This document shows positions 14,481 through 28,800 of a stretch of DNA of 47,314 nt, piece after piece (position 1 is the stretch's first letter; each line of letters opens with the position of its first letter). Below the pieces are notes generated by a model. That model saw only the letters and a program-made list of their open reading frames with translations. It searched no databases and had not been told where the DNA came from. Source of the stretch: Macrostomum lignano (Eukaryota); NCBI GenBank assembly GCA_002269645.1, contig NIVC01002635.1, positions 158,994-206,307 on the forward strand, read 5' to 3'. The position numbers and the translations under genes are program-made.

Positions 14481-15544
14481 ATGAAAAAGCGCACCCACTC
14501 ATATGCGGAGGAGACAATTTTCAGTTTCTGCTCAATTTCCCAACAAACTTCATGGCCAGTGGCTATTCCTTTCAGTCCAGATATTTTAAAGGTCCCTGTC
14601 GGGATGCGCCGCCCTCCTACCGCGCGCCCCCTGATTAGTCGGGTCATAAATCAAAAGTGTGCGAATGCGGTCTTCTATAAATGACGCCTCTTAATTAATC
14701 ATCTCATTTTGGTTTACGTGCCGCTTTCATAAACATTTTGGCTACTATTTTTTAAACCTAATTTTCAGTTTTAGTTTCTTCACTCTTGTCTGTACGAGTA
14801 TTGTTTGTTGCAACGGCAAAGATTCAATTTCCCATGGGGACATAATCGACTCTCCCCCCCTCCCCTACCCTCGAAAAGCAATAATCCATAAAACCCTGAC
14901 AGAGGTTCCTAATTTTCATCTTATCAGTTAAAGTTCCTGGGTTGAAGTTTTCCCCATCGGTTTGTTTATGGATTTTCCTGGAAAAACAGTTTGAAAAAAG
15001 CGAAACAGTGAACTTTTTGCATCTTCTCTACTAACTTTAAAAAGTTGTTGAAATTTTCTCTAGTTCAAAGTAGAGTCAGCCAAAGAAAATGGTAGCTGGT
15101 TGTAGATATCCTAGGCTATGCTAACCAGAGACCTCATCATTAGCACTAGGCTGGGATCTGCCGAAGCAATTTACCAGTAGCTCGACTTTCTAGGCCACCT
15201 GTACAAGAGGGCTACCAAGGATTGGACCTTCAGCTGGGAGCTGTCAATTCACCTGTCACCATCGCGTTGAACCTTACCCAGGTACCAACAGTCAGACACC
15301 GAACACCCGTGATGGAAAAAAAACACGTGATGGATCTGTGCACAGCTGTAGGCGGTACAAAGGGAGATGCAAAAGATTCAGAAACTTCCAGAAACTGGAT
15401 GTCCTCTGCGTAGCGCACGGAGTTCTTCTTTTATCCATTATTAATGTGTGTTTTTCTTCTTTTGTACTGTATGAATGTATGAATCTTATTTATACATCAA
15501 TATTTATAACAATTTATGAATCTTGTTATAAATATTGAGTTTAA

Positions 15545-16420
15545 ATCACCCTAAATCAACCACAGTCACCCTAAATCACCCTAAATCACCCTAAATCACC
15601 CTTAATCACCCTAAATCACCCTAAATCACCCTAAATCACCCTAAATCACCTGCAGTCACCCTCAATCACCCTAAATCACACTAAATCACCATCAATCAAC
15701 CAAAGTCACTCCTAATCACCCTCAATCACCCGCAGTCACCCTCGATCACTCGCAGTCACCCTCAATCAACCAAAGTCACTCCTAATCACCCTCAATCACC
15801 CGCAGTCTCCCGCAGTCACCCTCGATCACCCACAGTCACCCTCAATCACCCAAATCACCCTCAATCACCCACAGTCACCCTCAATCACTCTCAATCACCC
15901 TCAATCACCCTAAATCATCCTCAATCACCCACAGTCACCCTCAATCACCCTCAATCACCCTCAATCACCCTCAATCACCCTCAATCACCCTCAATCACCC
16001 ACAGTCAATCACTCTCAATCACCCTCAATCACCCTAAATCACCCTCAATCACCCACAGTCACCCTCAATCACCCTCAATCACTCTCAATCACCCTCAATC
16101 ACCCTCAATCACTCTCAATCACCCTCAATCACCCTAAATCACCCTCAATCACCCACAGTCACCCTCAATCACCCTCAATCACCCTCAATCACCCTCAATC
16201 ACCCACAGTCAATCACTCTCAATCACCCTCAATCACCCTAAATCACCCTCAATCACCCACAGTCACCCTCAATCACCCTCAATCACTCTCAATCACCCTC
16301 AATCACCCTCAATCACTCTCAATCACCCTCAATCACCCTAAATCACCCTCAATCACCCACAGTCACCCTCAATCACCCTCAATCGCCCTCAATCACCCTC
16401 AATCACCCACAGTCACCCTC
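15545..16420. repeat. 10-bp minisatellite ATCACCCT(A/C)A with a telomere-like CCCTAA variant
   Basis: Direct reading. CCCTAAATCA units dominate the left part; CCCTCAATCA and CCACAGTCAC dominate the right. Confidence 0.93.
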
Positions 16421-16868
16421 TCATTCACTCAATTTCCTCAATTCGTACGCATATATTATGGCTCAGTATAGATACGCTAGTTACTACACATATTATAGAC
16501 CATATATTGCATATAGAATCCCATTCTCCCACTCAACATTCACCACTTTTCCTTTCCCATTGAATCCCGCCGCCCACAACCAAGCAAGTATTGTTAATCT
16601 AGCATACTAAAAAACCGATTTTAGCACTTTATATACGAATAGGATTAATGAAGTTCCATCACCATTTTTAAGCCCAATAACCGGGTTGCTGGGCGTCTCG
16701 GGTTGCACTAGAGCCAAAAATAGAGTTAGCACCATGGATGCTTTAAGGACGCTTAATGTCCTTTAATACCATACAATATTGGCTGTATGACCTTGGGTAT
16801 TTAATTATGTCTATTACTTCCTGAACATTTACCTTAATTTAATTAAAGCGTTTAATTAAGCAAATTAC

Positions 16869-19800
16869 CTGACACATTCACCGATACCTCCTGAGTGACA
16901 CAGTCACCACTACATCCTGGGTGTGTTGTTGGTGTGTCACTGACACAGTCACCATGCATCCTGGGTGTGTTGTTGGTGTGTCACTGACACAGTCACCAAT
17001 GCATCCTGGTGTGTTGTTGGTGTGTCACTGACACAGTCACCAATACATCCTGGGTGTGTTGTTGGTGTGTCACTGACACAGTCACCAATGCATCCTGGGT
17101 GTGCTGTTGGTGTGTCACTGACACAGTCACCAATGCATCCTGGGTGTGTTGTTGGTGTGTCACTGACACAGTCACCAATGCATCCTGGGTGTGTTGTTGG
17201 TGTGTCACTGACACAGTCACCAATGCATCCTGGGTGTGCTGTTGGTGTGTCACTGACACAGTCACCAATGCATCCTGGGTGTGCTGTTGGTGTGTCACTG
17301 ACACAGTCACCAATGCATCCTGGGTGTGCTGTTGGTGTGTCACTGACACAGTCACCAATGCATCCTGGGTGTGCTGTTGGTGTGTCACTGACACAGTCAC
17401 CAATGCATCCTGGGTGTGCTGTTGGTGTGTCACTGACACAGTCACCAATGCATCCTGGGTGTGCTGTTGGTGTGTCACTGACACAGTCACCAATGCATCC
17501 TGGGTGTGCTGTTGGTGTGTCACTGACACAGTCACCAATGCATCCTGGGTGTGTTGTTGGTGTGTCACTGACACAGTCACCAATGCATCCTGGGTGTGCT
17601 GTTGGTGTGTCACTGACACAGTCACCAATGCATCCTGGGTGTGCTGTTGGTGTGTCACTGACACAGTCACCAATGCATCCTGGGTGTGCTGTTGGTGTGT
17701 CACTGACACAGTCACCAATGCATCCTGGGTGTGTTGTTGGTGTGTCACTGACACAGTCACCAATGCATCCTGGGTGTGCTGTTGGTGTGTCACTGACACA
17801 GTCACCAATGCATCCTGGGTGTTGTTGGTGTGTCACTGACACAGTCACCAATGCATCCTGGGTGTGTTGTTGGTGTGTCACTGACACAGTCACCAATGCA
17901 TCCTGGGTGTGCTGTTGGTGTGTCACTGACACAGTCACCAATGCATCCTGGGTGTGCTGTTGGTGTGTCACTGACACAGTCACCAATGCATCCTGGGTGT
18001 GCTGTTGGTGTGTCACTGACACAGTCACCAATGCATCCTGGGTGTGCTGTTGGTGTGTCACTGACACAGTCACCAATGCATCCTGGGTGTGTTGTTGGTG
18101 TGTCACTGACACAGTCACCAATGCATCCTGGGTGTGCTGTTGGTGTGTCACTGACACAGTCACCAATGCATCCTGGGTGTGCTGTTGGTGTGTCACTGAC
18201 ACAGTCACCAATGCATCCTGGGTGTGCTGTTGGTGTGTCACTGACACAGTCACCAATGCATCCTGGGTGTGCTGTTGGTGTGTCACTGACACAGTCACCA
18301 ATGCATCCTGGGTGTGTTGTTGGTGTGTCACTGACACAGTCACCAATGCATCCTGGGTGTGCTGTTGGTGTGTCACTGACACAGTCACCAATGCATCCTG
18401 GGTGTGCTGTTGGTGTGTCACTGACACAGTCACCAATGCATCCTGGGTGTGCTGTTGGTGTGTCACTGACACAGTCACCAATGCATCCTGGGTGTGTTGT
18501 TGGTGTGTCACTGACACAGTCACCAATGCATCCTGGGTGTGTTGTTGGTGTGTCACTGACACAGTCACCAATGCATCCTGGTGTGTTGTTGGTGTGTCAC
18601 TGACACAGTCACCAATGCATCCTGGGTGTGTTGTTGGTGTGTCACTGACACAGTCACCAATGCATCCTGGTGTGTTGTTGGTGTGTCACTGACACAGTCA
18701 CCAATGCATCCTGGGTGTGTTGTTGGTGTGTCACTGACACAGTCACCAATGCATCCTGGGTGTGTTGTTGGTGTGTCACTGACACAGTCACCAATGCATC
18801 CTGGTGTGTTGTTGGTGTGTCACTGACACAGTCACCAATGCATCCTGGGTGTGTTGTTGGTGTGTCACTGACACAGTCACCAATGCATCCTGGGTGTGTT
18901 GTTGGTGTGTCACTGACACAGTCACCAATGCATCCTGGGTGTGTTGTTGGTGTGTCACTGACACAGTCACCAATGCATCCTGGGTGTGTTGTTGGTGTGT
19001 CACTGACACAGTCACCAATGCATCCTGGGTGTGTTGTTGGTGTGTCACTGACACAGTCACCAATGCATCCTGGGTGTGTTGTTGGTGTGTCACTGACACA
19101 GTCACCAATGCATCCTGGGTGTGTTGTTGGTGTGTCACTGACACAGTCACCAATGCATCCTGGGTGTGTTGTTGGTGTGTCACTGACACAGTCACCAATG
19201 CATCCTGGGTGTGTTGTTGGTGTGTCACTGACACAGTCACCAATGCATCCTGGGTGTGTTGTTGGTGTGTCACTGACACAGTCACCAATGCATCCTGGGT
19301 GTGTTGTTGGTGTGTCACTGACACAGTCACCAATGCATCCTGGGTGTGTTGTTGGTGTGTCACTGACACAGTCACCAATGCATCCTGGGTGTGTTGTTGG
19401 TGTGTCACTGACACAGTCACCAATGCATCCTGGGTGTGTTGTTGGTGTGTCACTGACACAGTCACCAATGCATCCTGGTGTGTTGTTGGTGTGTCACTGA
19501 CACAGTCACCAATGCATCCTGGGTGTGTTGTTGGTGTGTCACTGACACAGTCACCAATGCATCCTGGGTGTGTTGTTGGTGTGTCACTGACACAGTCACC
19601 AATGCATCCTGGGTGTGTTGTTGGTGTGTCACTGACACAGTCACCAATGCATCCTGGGTGTGTTGTTGGTGTGTCACTGACACAGTCACCAATGCATCCT
19701 GGGTGTGTTGTTGGTGTGTCACTGACACAGTCACCAATGCATCCTGGGTGTGTTGTTGGTGTGTCACTGACACAGTCACCAATGCATCCTGGGTGTGTTG

Positions 19801-22800
19801 TTGGTGTGTCACTGACACAGTCACCAATGCATCCTGGGTGTGTTGTTGGTGTGTCACTGACACAGTCACCAATGCATCCTGGGTGTGTTGTTGGTGTGTC
19901 ACTGACACAGTCACCAATGCATCCTGGGTGTGTTGTTGGTGTGTCACTGACACAGTCACCAATGCATCCTGGGTGTGTTGTTGGTGTGTCACTGACACAG
20001 TCACCAATGCATCCTGGGTGTGTTGTTGGTGTGTCACTGACACAGTCACCAATGCATCCTGGGTGTGTTGTTGGTGTGTCACTGACACAGTCACCAATGC
20101 ATCCTGGGTGTGTTGTTGGTGTGTCACTGACACAGTCACCAATGCATCCTGGGTGTGTTGTTGGTGTGTCACTGACACAGTCACCAATGCATCCTGGGTG
20201 TGTTGTTGGTGTGTCACTGACACAGTCACCAATGCATCCTGGGTGTGTTGTTGGTGTGTCACTGACACAGTCACCAATGCATCCTGGGTGTGTTGTTGGT
20301 GTGTCACTGACACAGTCACCAATGCATCCTGGGTGTGTTGTTGGTGTGTCACTGACACAGTCACCAATGCATCCTGGGTGTGTTGTTGGTGTGTCACTGA
20401 CACAGTCACCAATGCATCCTGGGTGTGTTGTTGGTGTGTCACTGACACAGTCACCAATGCATCCTGGGTGTGTTGTTGGTGTGTCACTGACACAGTCACC
20501 AATGCATCCTGGGTGTGTTGTTGGTGTGTCACTGACACAGTCACCAATGCATCCTGGGTGTGTTGTTGGTGTGTCACTGACACAGTCACCAATGCATCCT
20601 GGGTGTGTTGTTGGTGTGTCACTGACACAGTCACCAATGCATCCTGGGTGTGTTGTTGGTGTGTCACTGACACAGTCACCAATGCATCCTGGGTGTGTTG
20701 TTGGTGTGTCACTGACACAGTCACCAATGCATCCTGGGTGTGTTGTTGGTGTGTCACTGACACAGTCACCAATGCATCCTGGGTGTGTTGTTGGTGTGTC
20801 ACTGACACAGTCACCAATGCATCCTGGGTGTGTTGTTGGTGTGTCACTGACACAGTCACCAATGCATCCTGGGTGTGTTGTTGGTGTGTCACTGACACAG
20901 TCACCAATGCATCCTGGGTGTGTTGTTGGTGTGTCACTGACACAGTCACCAATGCATCCTGGGTGTGTTGTTGGTGTGTCACTGACACAGTCACCAATGC
21001 ATCCTGGGTGTGTTGTTGGTGTGTCACTGACACAGTCACCAATGCATCCTGGGTGTGTTGTTGGTGTGTCACTGACACAGTCACCAATGCATCCTGGGTG
21101 TGTTGTTGGTGTGTCACTGACACAGTCACCAATGCATCCTGGGTGTGTTGTTGGTGTGTCACTGACACAGTCACCAATGCATCCTGGGTGTGTTGTTGGT
21201 GTGTCACTGACACAGTCACCAATGCATCCTGGGTGTGTTGTTGGTGTGTCACTGACACAGTCACCAATGCATCCTGGGTGTGTTGTTGGTGTGTCACTGA
21301 CACAGTCACCAATGCATCCTGGTGTGTTGTTGGTGTGTCACTGACACAGTCACCAATGCATCCTGGGTGTGTTGTTGGTGTGTCACTGACACAGTCACCA
21401 ATGCATCCTGGTGTGTTGTTGGTGTGTCACTGACACAGTCACCAATGCATCCTGGTGTGTTGTTGGTGTGTCACTGACACAGTCACCAATGCATCCTGGG
21501 TGTGTTGTTGGTGTGTCACTGACACAGTCACCAATGCATCCTGGGTGTGTTGTTGGTGTGTCACTGACACAGTCACCAATGCATCCTGGGTGTGTTGTTG
21601 GTGTGTCACTGACACAGTCACCAATGCATCCTGGGTGTGTTGTTGGTGTGTCACTGACACAGTCACCAATGCATCCTGGGTGTGTTGTTGGTGTGTCACT
21701 GACACAGTCACCAATGCATCCTGGGTGTGTTGTTGGTGTGTCACTGACACAGTCACCAATGCATCCTGGGTGTGTTGTTGGTGTGTCACTGACACAGTCA
21801 CCAATGCATCCTGGGTGTGTTGTTGGTGTGTCACTGACACAGTCACCAATGCATCCTGGGTGTGTTGTTGGTGTGTCACTGACACAGTCACCAATGCATC
21901 CTGGGTGTGTTGTTGGTGTGTCACTGACACAGTCACCAATGCATCCTGGGTGTGTTGTTGGTGTGTCACTGACACAGTCACCAATGCATCCTGGGTGTGT
22001 TGTTGGTGTGTCACTGACACAGTCACCAATGCATCCTGGGTGTGTTGTTGGTGTGTCACTGACACAGTCACCAATGCATCCTGGTGTGTTGTTGGTGTGT
22101 CACTGACACAGTCACCAATGCATCCTGGGTGTGTTGTTGGTGTGTCACTGACACAGTCACCAATGCATCCTGGGTGTGTTGTTGGTGTGTCACTGACACA
22201 GTCACCAATGCATCCTGGGTGTGTTGTTGGTGTGTCACTGACACAGTCACCAATGCATCCTGGTGTGTTGTTGGTGTGTCACTGACACAGTCACCAATGC
22301 ATCCTGGGTGTGTTGTTGGTGTGTCACTGACACAGTCACCAATGCATCCTGGGTGTGTTGTTGGTGTGTCACTGACACAGTCACCAATGCATCCTGGGTG
22401 TGTTGTTGGTGTGTCACTGACACAGTCACCAATGCATCCTGGGTGTGTTGTTGGTGTGTCACTGACACAGTCACCAATGCATCCTGGGTGTGTTGTTGGT
22501 GTGTCACTGACACAGTCACCAATGCATCCTGGGTGTGTTGTTGGTGTGTCACTGACACAGTCACCAATGCATCCTGGGTGTGTTGTTGGTGTGTCACTGA
22601 CACAGTCACCAATGCATCCTGGGTGTGTTGTTGGTGTGTCACTGACACAGTCACCAATGCATCCTGGGTGTGTTGTTGGTGTGTCACTGACACAGTCACC
22701 AATGCATCCTGGGTGTGTTGTTGGTGTGTCACTGACACAGTCACCAATGCATCCTGGGTGTGTTGTTGGTGTGTCACTGACACAGTCACCAATGCATCCT

Positions 22801-25800
22801 GGGTGTGTTGTTGGTGTGTCACTGACACAGTCACCAATGCATCCTGGGTGTGTTGTTGGTGTGTCACTGACACAGTCACCAATGCATCCTGGTGTGTTGT
22901 TGGTGTGTCACTGACACAGTCACCAATGCATCCTGGGTGTGTTGTTGGTGTGTCACTGACACAGTCACCAATGCATCCTGGTGTGTTGTTGGTGTGTCAC
23001 TGACACAGTCACCAATGCATCCTGGGTGTGTTGTTGGTGTGTCACTGACACAGTCACCAATGCATCCTGGGTGTGTTGTTGGTGTGTCACTGACACAGTC
23101 ACCAATGCATCCTGGGTGTGTTGTTGGTGTGTCACTGACACAGTCACCAATGCATCCTGGGTGTGTTGTTGGTGTGTCACTGACACAGTCACCAATGCAT
23201 CCTGGGTGTGTTGTTGGTGTGTCACTGACACAGTCACCAATGCATCCTGGGTGTGTTGTTGGTGTGTCACTGACACAGTCACCAATGCATCCTGGGTGTG
23301 TTGTTGGTGTGTCACTGACACAGTCACCAATGCATCCTGGGTGTGTTGTTGGTGTGTCACTGACACAGTCACCAATGCATCCTGGGTGTGTTGTTGGTGT
23401 GTCACTGACACAGTCACCAATGCATCCTGGGTGTGTTGTTGGTGTGTCACTGACACAGTCACCAATGCATCCTGGTGTGTTGTTGGTGTGTCACTGACAC
23501 AGTCACCAATGCATCCTGGGTGTGTTGTTGGTGTGTCACTGACACAGTCACCAATGCATCCTGGGTGTGTTGTTGGTGTGTCACTGACACAGTCACCAAT
23601 GCATCCTGGGTGTGTTGTTGGTGTGTCACTGACACAGTCACCAATGCATCCTGGGTGTGTTGTTGGTGTGTCACTGACACAGTCACCAATGCATCCTGGG
23701 TGTGTTGTTGGTGTGTCACTGACACAGTCACCAATGCATCCTGGGTGTGTTGTTGGTGTGTCACTGACACAGTCACCAATGCATCCTGGGTGTGTTGTTG
23801 GTGTGTCACTGACACAGTCACCAATGCATCCTGGGTGTGTTGTTGGTGTGTCACTGACACAGTCACCAATGCATCCTGGGTGTGTTGTTGGTGTGTCACT
23901 GACACAGTCACCAATGCATCCTGGGTGTGTTGTTGGTGTGTCACTGACACAGTCACCAATGCATCCTGGGTGTGTTGTTGGTGTGTCACTGACACAGTCA
24001 CCAATGCATCCTGGGTGTGTTGTTGGTGTGTCACTGACACAGTCACCAATGCATCCTGGGTGTGTTGTTGGTGTGTCACTGACACAGTCACCAATGCATC
24101 CTGGGTGTGTTGTTGGTGTGTCACTGACACAGTCACCAATGCATCCTGGGTGTGTTGTTGGTGTGTCACTGACACAGTCACCAATGCATCCTGGGTGTGT
24201 TGTTGGTGTGTCACTGACACAGTCACCAATGCATCCTGGGTGTGTTGTTGGTGTGTCACTGACACAGTCACCAATGCATCCTGGGTGTGTTGTTGGTGTG
24301 TCACTGACACAGTCACCAATGCATCCTGGGTGTGTTGTTGGTGTGTCACTGACACAGTCACCAATGCATCCTGGGTGTGTTGTTGGTGTGTCACTGACAC
24401 AGTCACCAATGCATCCTGGGTGTGTTGTTGGTGTGTCACTGACACAGTCACCAATGCATCCTGGGTGTGTTGTTGGTGTGTCACTGACACAGTCACCAAT
24501 GCATCCTGGGTGTGTTGTTGGTGTGTCACTGACACAGTCACCAATGCATCCTGGGTGTGTTGTTGGTGTGTCACTGACACAGTCACCAATGCATCCTGGG
24601 TGTGTTGTTGGTGTGTCACTGACACAGTCACCAATGCATCCTGGGTGTGTTGTTGGTGTGTCACTGACACAGTCACCAATGCATCCTGGGTGTGTTGTTG
24701 GTGTGTCACTGACACAGTCACCAATGCATCCTGGGTGTGTTGTTGGTGTGTCACTGACACAGTCACCAATGCATCCTGGGTGTGTTGTTGGTGTGTCACT
24801 GACACAGTCACCAATGCATCCTGGGTGTGTTGTTGGTGTGTCACTGACACAGTCACCAATGCATCCTGGGTGTGTTGTTGGTGTGTCACTGACACAGTCA
24901 CCAATGCATCCTGGGTGTGTTGTTGGTGTGTCACTGACACAGTCACCAATGCATCCTGGGTGTGTTGTTGGTGTGTCACTGACACAGTCACCAATGCATC
25001 CTGGGTGTGTTGTTGGTGTGTCACTGACACAGTCACCAATGCATCCTGGGTGTGTTGTTGGTGTGTCACTGACACAGTCACCAATGCATCCTGGGTGTGT
25101 TGTTGGTGTGTCACTGACACAGTCACCAATGCATCCTGGGTGTGTTGTTGGTGTGTCACTGACACAGTCACCAATGCATCCTGGGTGTGTTGTTGGTGTG
25201 TCACTGACACAGTCACCAATGCATCCTGGTGTGTTGTTGGTGTGTCACTGACACAGTCACCAATGCATCCTGGGTGTGTTGTTGGTGTGTCACTGACACA
25301 GTCACCAATGCATCCTGGGTGTGTTGTTGGTGTGTCACTGACACAGTCACCAATGCATCCTGGGTGTGTTGTTGGTGTGTCACTGACACAGTCACCAATG
25401 CATCCTGGGTGTGTTGTTGGTGTGTCACTGACACAGTCACCAATGCATCCTGGGTGTGTTGTTGGTGTGTCACTGACACAGTCACCAATGCATCCTGGGT
25501 GTGTTGTTGGTGTGTCACTGACACAGTCACCAATGCATCCTGGTGTGTTGTTGGTGTGTCACTGACACAGTCACCAATGCATCCTGGGTGTGTTGTTGGT
25601 GTGTCACTGACACAGTCACCAATGCATCCTGGGTGTGTTGTTGGTGTGTCACTGACACAGTCACCAATGCATCCTGGGTGTGTTGTTGGTGTGTCACTGA
25701 CACAGTCACCAATGCATCCTGGGTGTTGTTGGTGTGTCACTGACACAGTCACCAATGCATCCTGGGTGTGTTGTTGGTGTGTCACTGACACAGTCACCAA

Positions 25801-28800
25801 TGCATCCTGGGTGTGTTGTTGGTGTGTCACTGACACAGTCACCAATGCATCCTGGGTGTGTTGTTGGTGTGTCACTGACACAGTCACCAATGCATCCTGG
25901 GTGTGTTGTTGGTGTGTCACTGACACAGTCACCAATGCATCCTGGGTGTGTTGTTGGTGTGTCACTGACACAGTCACCAATGCATCCTGGTGTGTTGTTG
26001 GTGTGTCACTGACACAGTCACCAATGCATCCTGGTGTGTTGTTGGTGTGTCACTGACACAGTCACCAATGCATCCTGGGTGTGTTGTTGGTGTGTCACTG
26101 ACACAGTCACCAATGCATCCTGGTGTGTTGTTGGTGTGTCACTGACACAGTCACCAATGCATCCTGGGTGTGTTGTTGGTGTGTCACTGACACAGTCACC
26201 AATGCATCCTGGTGTGTTGTTGGTGTGTCACTGACACAGTCACCAATGCATCCTGGGTGTGTGTTGGTGTGTCACTGACACAGTCACCAATGCATCCTGG
26301 TGTGTTGTTGGTGTGTCACTGACACAGTCACCAATGCATCCTGGGTGTGTTGTTGGTGTGTCACTGACACAGTCACCAATGCATCCTGGGTGTGTTGTTG
26401 GTGTGTCACTGACACAGTCACCAATGCATCCTGGTGTGTTGTTGGTGTGTCACTGACACAGTCACCAATGCATCCTGGGTGTGTTGTTGGTGTGTCACTG
26501 ACACAGTCACCAATGCATCCTGGGTGTGTTGTTGGTGTGTCACTGACACAGTCACCAATGCATCCTGGGTGTGTTGTTGGTGTGTCACTGACACAGTCAC
26601 CAATGCATCCTGGGTGTGTTGTTGGTGTGTCACTGACACAGTCACCAATGCATCCTGGGTGTGTTGTTGGTGTGTCACTGACACAGTCACCAATGCATCC
26701 TGGGTGTGTTGTTGGTGTGTCACTGACACAGTCACCAATGCATCCTGGGTGTGTTGTTGGTGTGTCACTGACACAGTCACCAATGCATCCTGGGTGTGTT
26801 GTTGGTGTGTCACTGACACAGTCACCAATGCATCCTGGGTGTGTTGTTGGTGTGTCACTGACACAGTCACCAATGCATCCTGGGTGTGTTGTTGGTGTGT
26901 CACTGACACAGTCACCAATGCATCCTGGGTGTGTTGTTGGTGTGTCACTGACACAGTCACCAATGCATCCTGGGTGTGTGTTGGTGTGTCACTGACACAG
27001 TCACCAATGCATCCTGGGTGTGTTGTTGGTGTGTCACTGACACAGTCACCAATGCATCCTGGTGTGTTGTTGGTGTGTCACTGACACAGTCACCAATGCA
27101 TCCTGGTGTGTTGTTGGTGTGTCACTGACACAGTCACCAATGCATCCTGGGTGTGTTGTTGGTGTGTCACTGACACAGTCACCAATGCATCCTGGGTGTG
27201 TGTTGGTGTGTCACTGACACAGTCACCAATGCATCCTGGGTGTGTTGTTGGTGTGTCACTGACACAGTCACCAATGCATCCTGGTGTGTTGTTGGTGTGT
27301 CACTGACACAGTCACCAATGCATCCTGGGTGTGTTGTTGGTGTGTCACTGACACAGTCACCAATGCATCCTGGGTGTGTTGTTGGTGTGTCACTGACACA
27401 GTCACCAATGCATCCTGGGTGTGTGTTGGTGTGTCACTGACACAGTCACCAATGCATCCTGGTGTGTTGTTGGTGTGTCACTGACACAGTCACCAATGCA
27501 TCCTGGTGTGTTGTTGGTGTGTCACTGACACAGTCACCAATGCATCCTGGTGTGTTGTTGGTGTGTCACTGACACAGTCACCAATGCATCCTGGTGTGTT
27601 GTTGGTGTGTCACTGACACAGTCACCAATGCATCCTGGGTGTGTTGTTGGTGTGTCACTGACACAGTCACCAATGCATCCTGGGTGTGTTGTTGGTGTGT
27701 CACTGACACAGTCACCAATGCATCCTGGTGTGTTGTTGGTGTGTCACTGACACAGTCACCAATGCATCCTGGGTGTGTTGTTGGTGTGTCACTGACACAG
27801 TCACCAATGCATCCTGGGTGTGTTGTTGGTGTGTCACTGACACAGTCACCAATGCATCCTGGGTGTGTTGTTGGTGTGTCACTGACACAGTCACCAATGC
27901 ATCCTGGGTGTGTTGTTGGTGTGTCACTGACACAGTCACCAATGCATCCTGGGTGTGTTGTTGGTGTGTCACTGACACAGTCACCAATGCATCCTGGGTG
28001 TGTTGTTGGTGTGTCACTGACACAGTCACCAATGCATCCTGGGTGTGTTGTTGGTGTGTCACTGACACAGTCACCAATGCATCCTGGGTGTGTTGTTGGT
28101 GTGTCACTGACACAGTCACCAATGCATCCTGGGTGTGTTGTTGGTGTGTCACTGACACAGTCACCAATGCATCCTGGTGTGTTGTTGGTGTGTCACTGAC
28201 ACAGTCACCAATGCATCCTGGGTGTGTTGTTGGTGTGTCACTGACACAGTCACCAATGCATCCTGGGTGTGTTGTTGGTGTGTCACTGACACAGTCACCA
28301 ATGCATCCTGGGTGTGTTGTTGGTGTGTCACTGACACAGTCACCAATGCATCCTGGGTGTGTTGTTGGTGTGTCACTGACACAGTCACCAATGCATCCTG
28401 GGTGTGTTGTTGGTGTGTCACTGACACAGTCACCAATGCATCCTGGGTGTGTTGTTGGTGTGTCACTGACACAGTCACCAATGCATCCTGGGTGTGTTGT
28501 TGGTGTGTCACTGACACAGTCACCAATGCATCCTGGGTGTGTTGTTGGTGTGTCACTGACACAGTCACCAATGCATCCTGGGTGTGTTGTTGGTGTGTCA
28601 CTGACACAGTCACCAATGCATCCTGGTGTGTGTTGTGTGTCACTGACACAGTCACCAATGCATCCTGGGTTGCTGTTGGTGTGTCACTGACACAGTCACC
28701 AATGCATCCTGGGTGTTGTTGGTGTGTCACTGACACAGTCACCAATGCATCCTGGGTGTGTGTTGGTGTGTCACTGACACAGTCACCAATGCATCCTGGG

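Noticed and set aside
15190-15260. LDFLGH peptide resembling a reverse-transcriptase motif
   Set aside because: It is preceded by an in-frame stop, with no YxDD or other RT motifs nearby.
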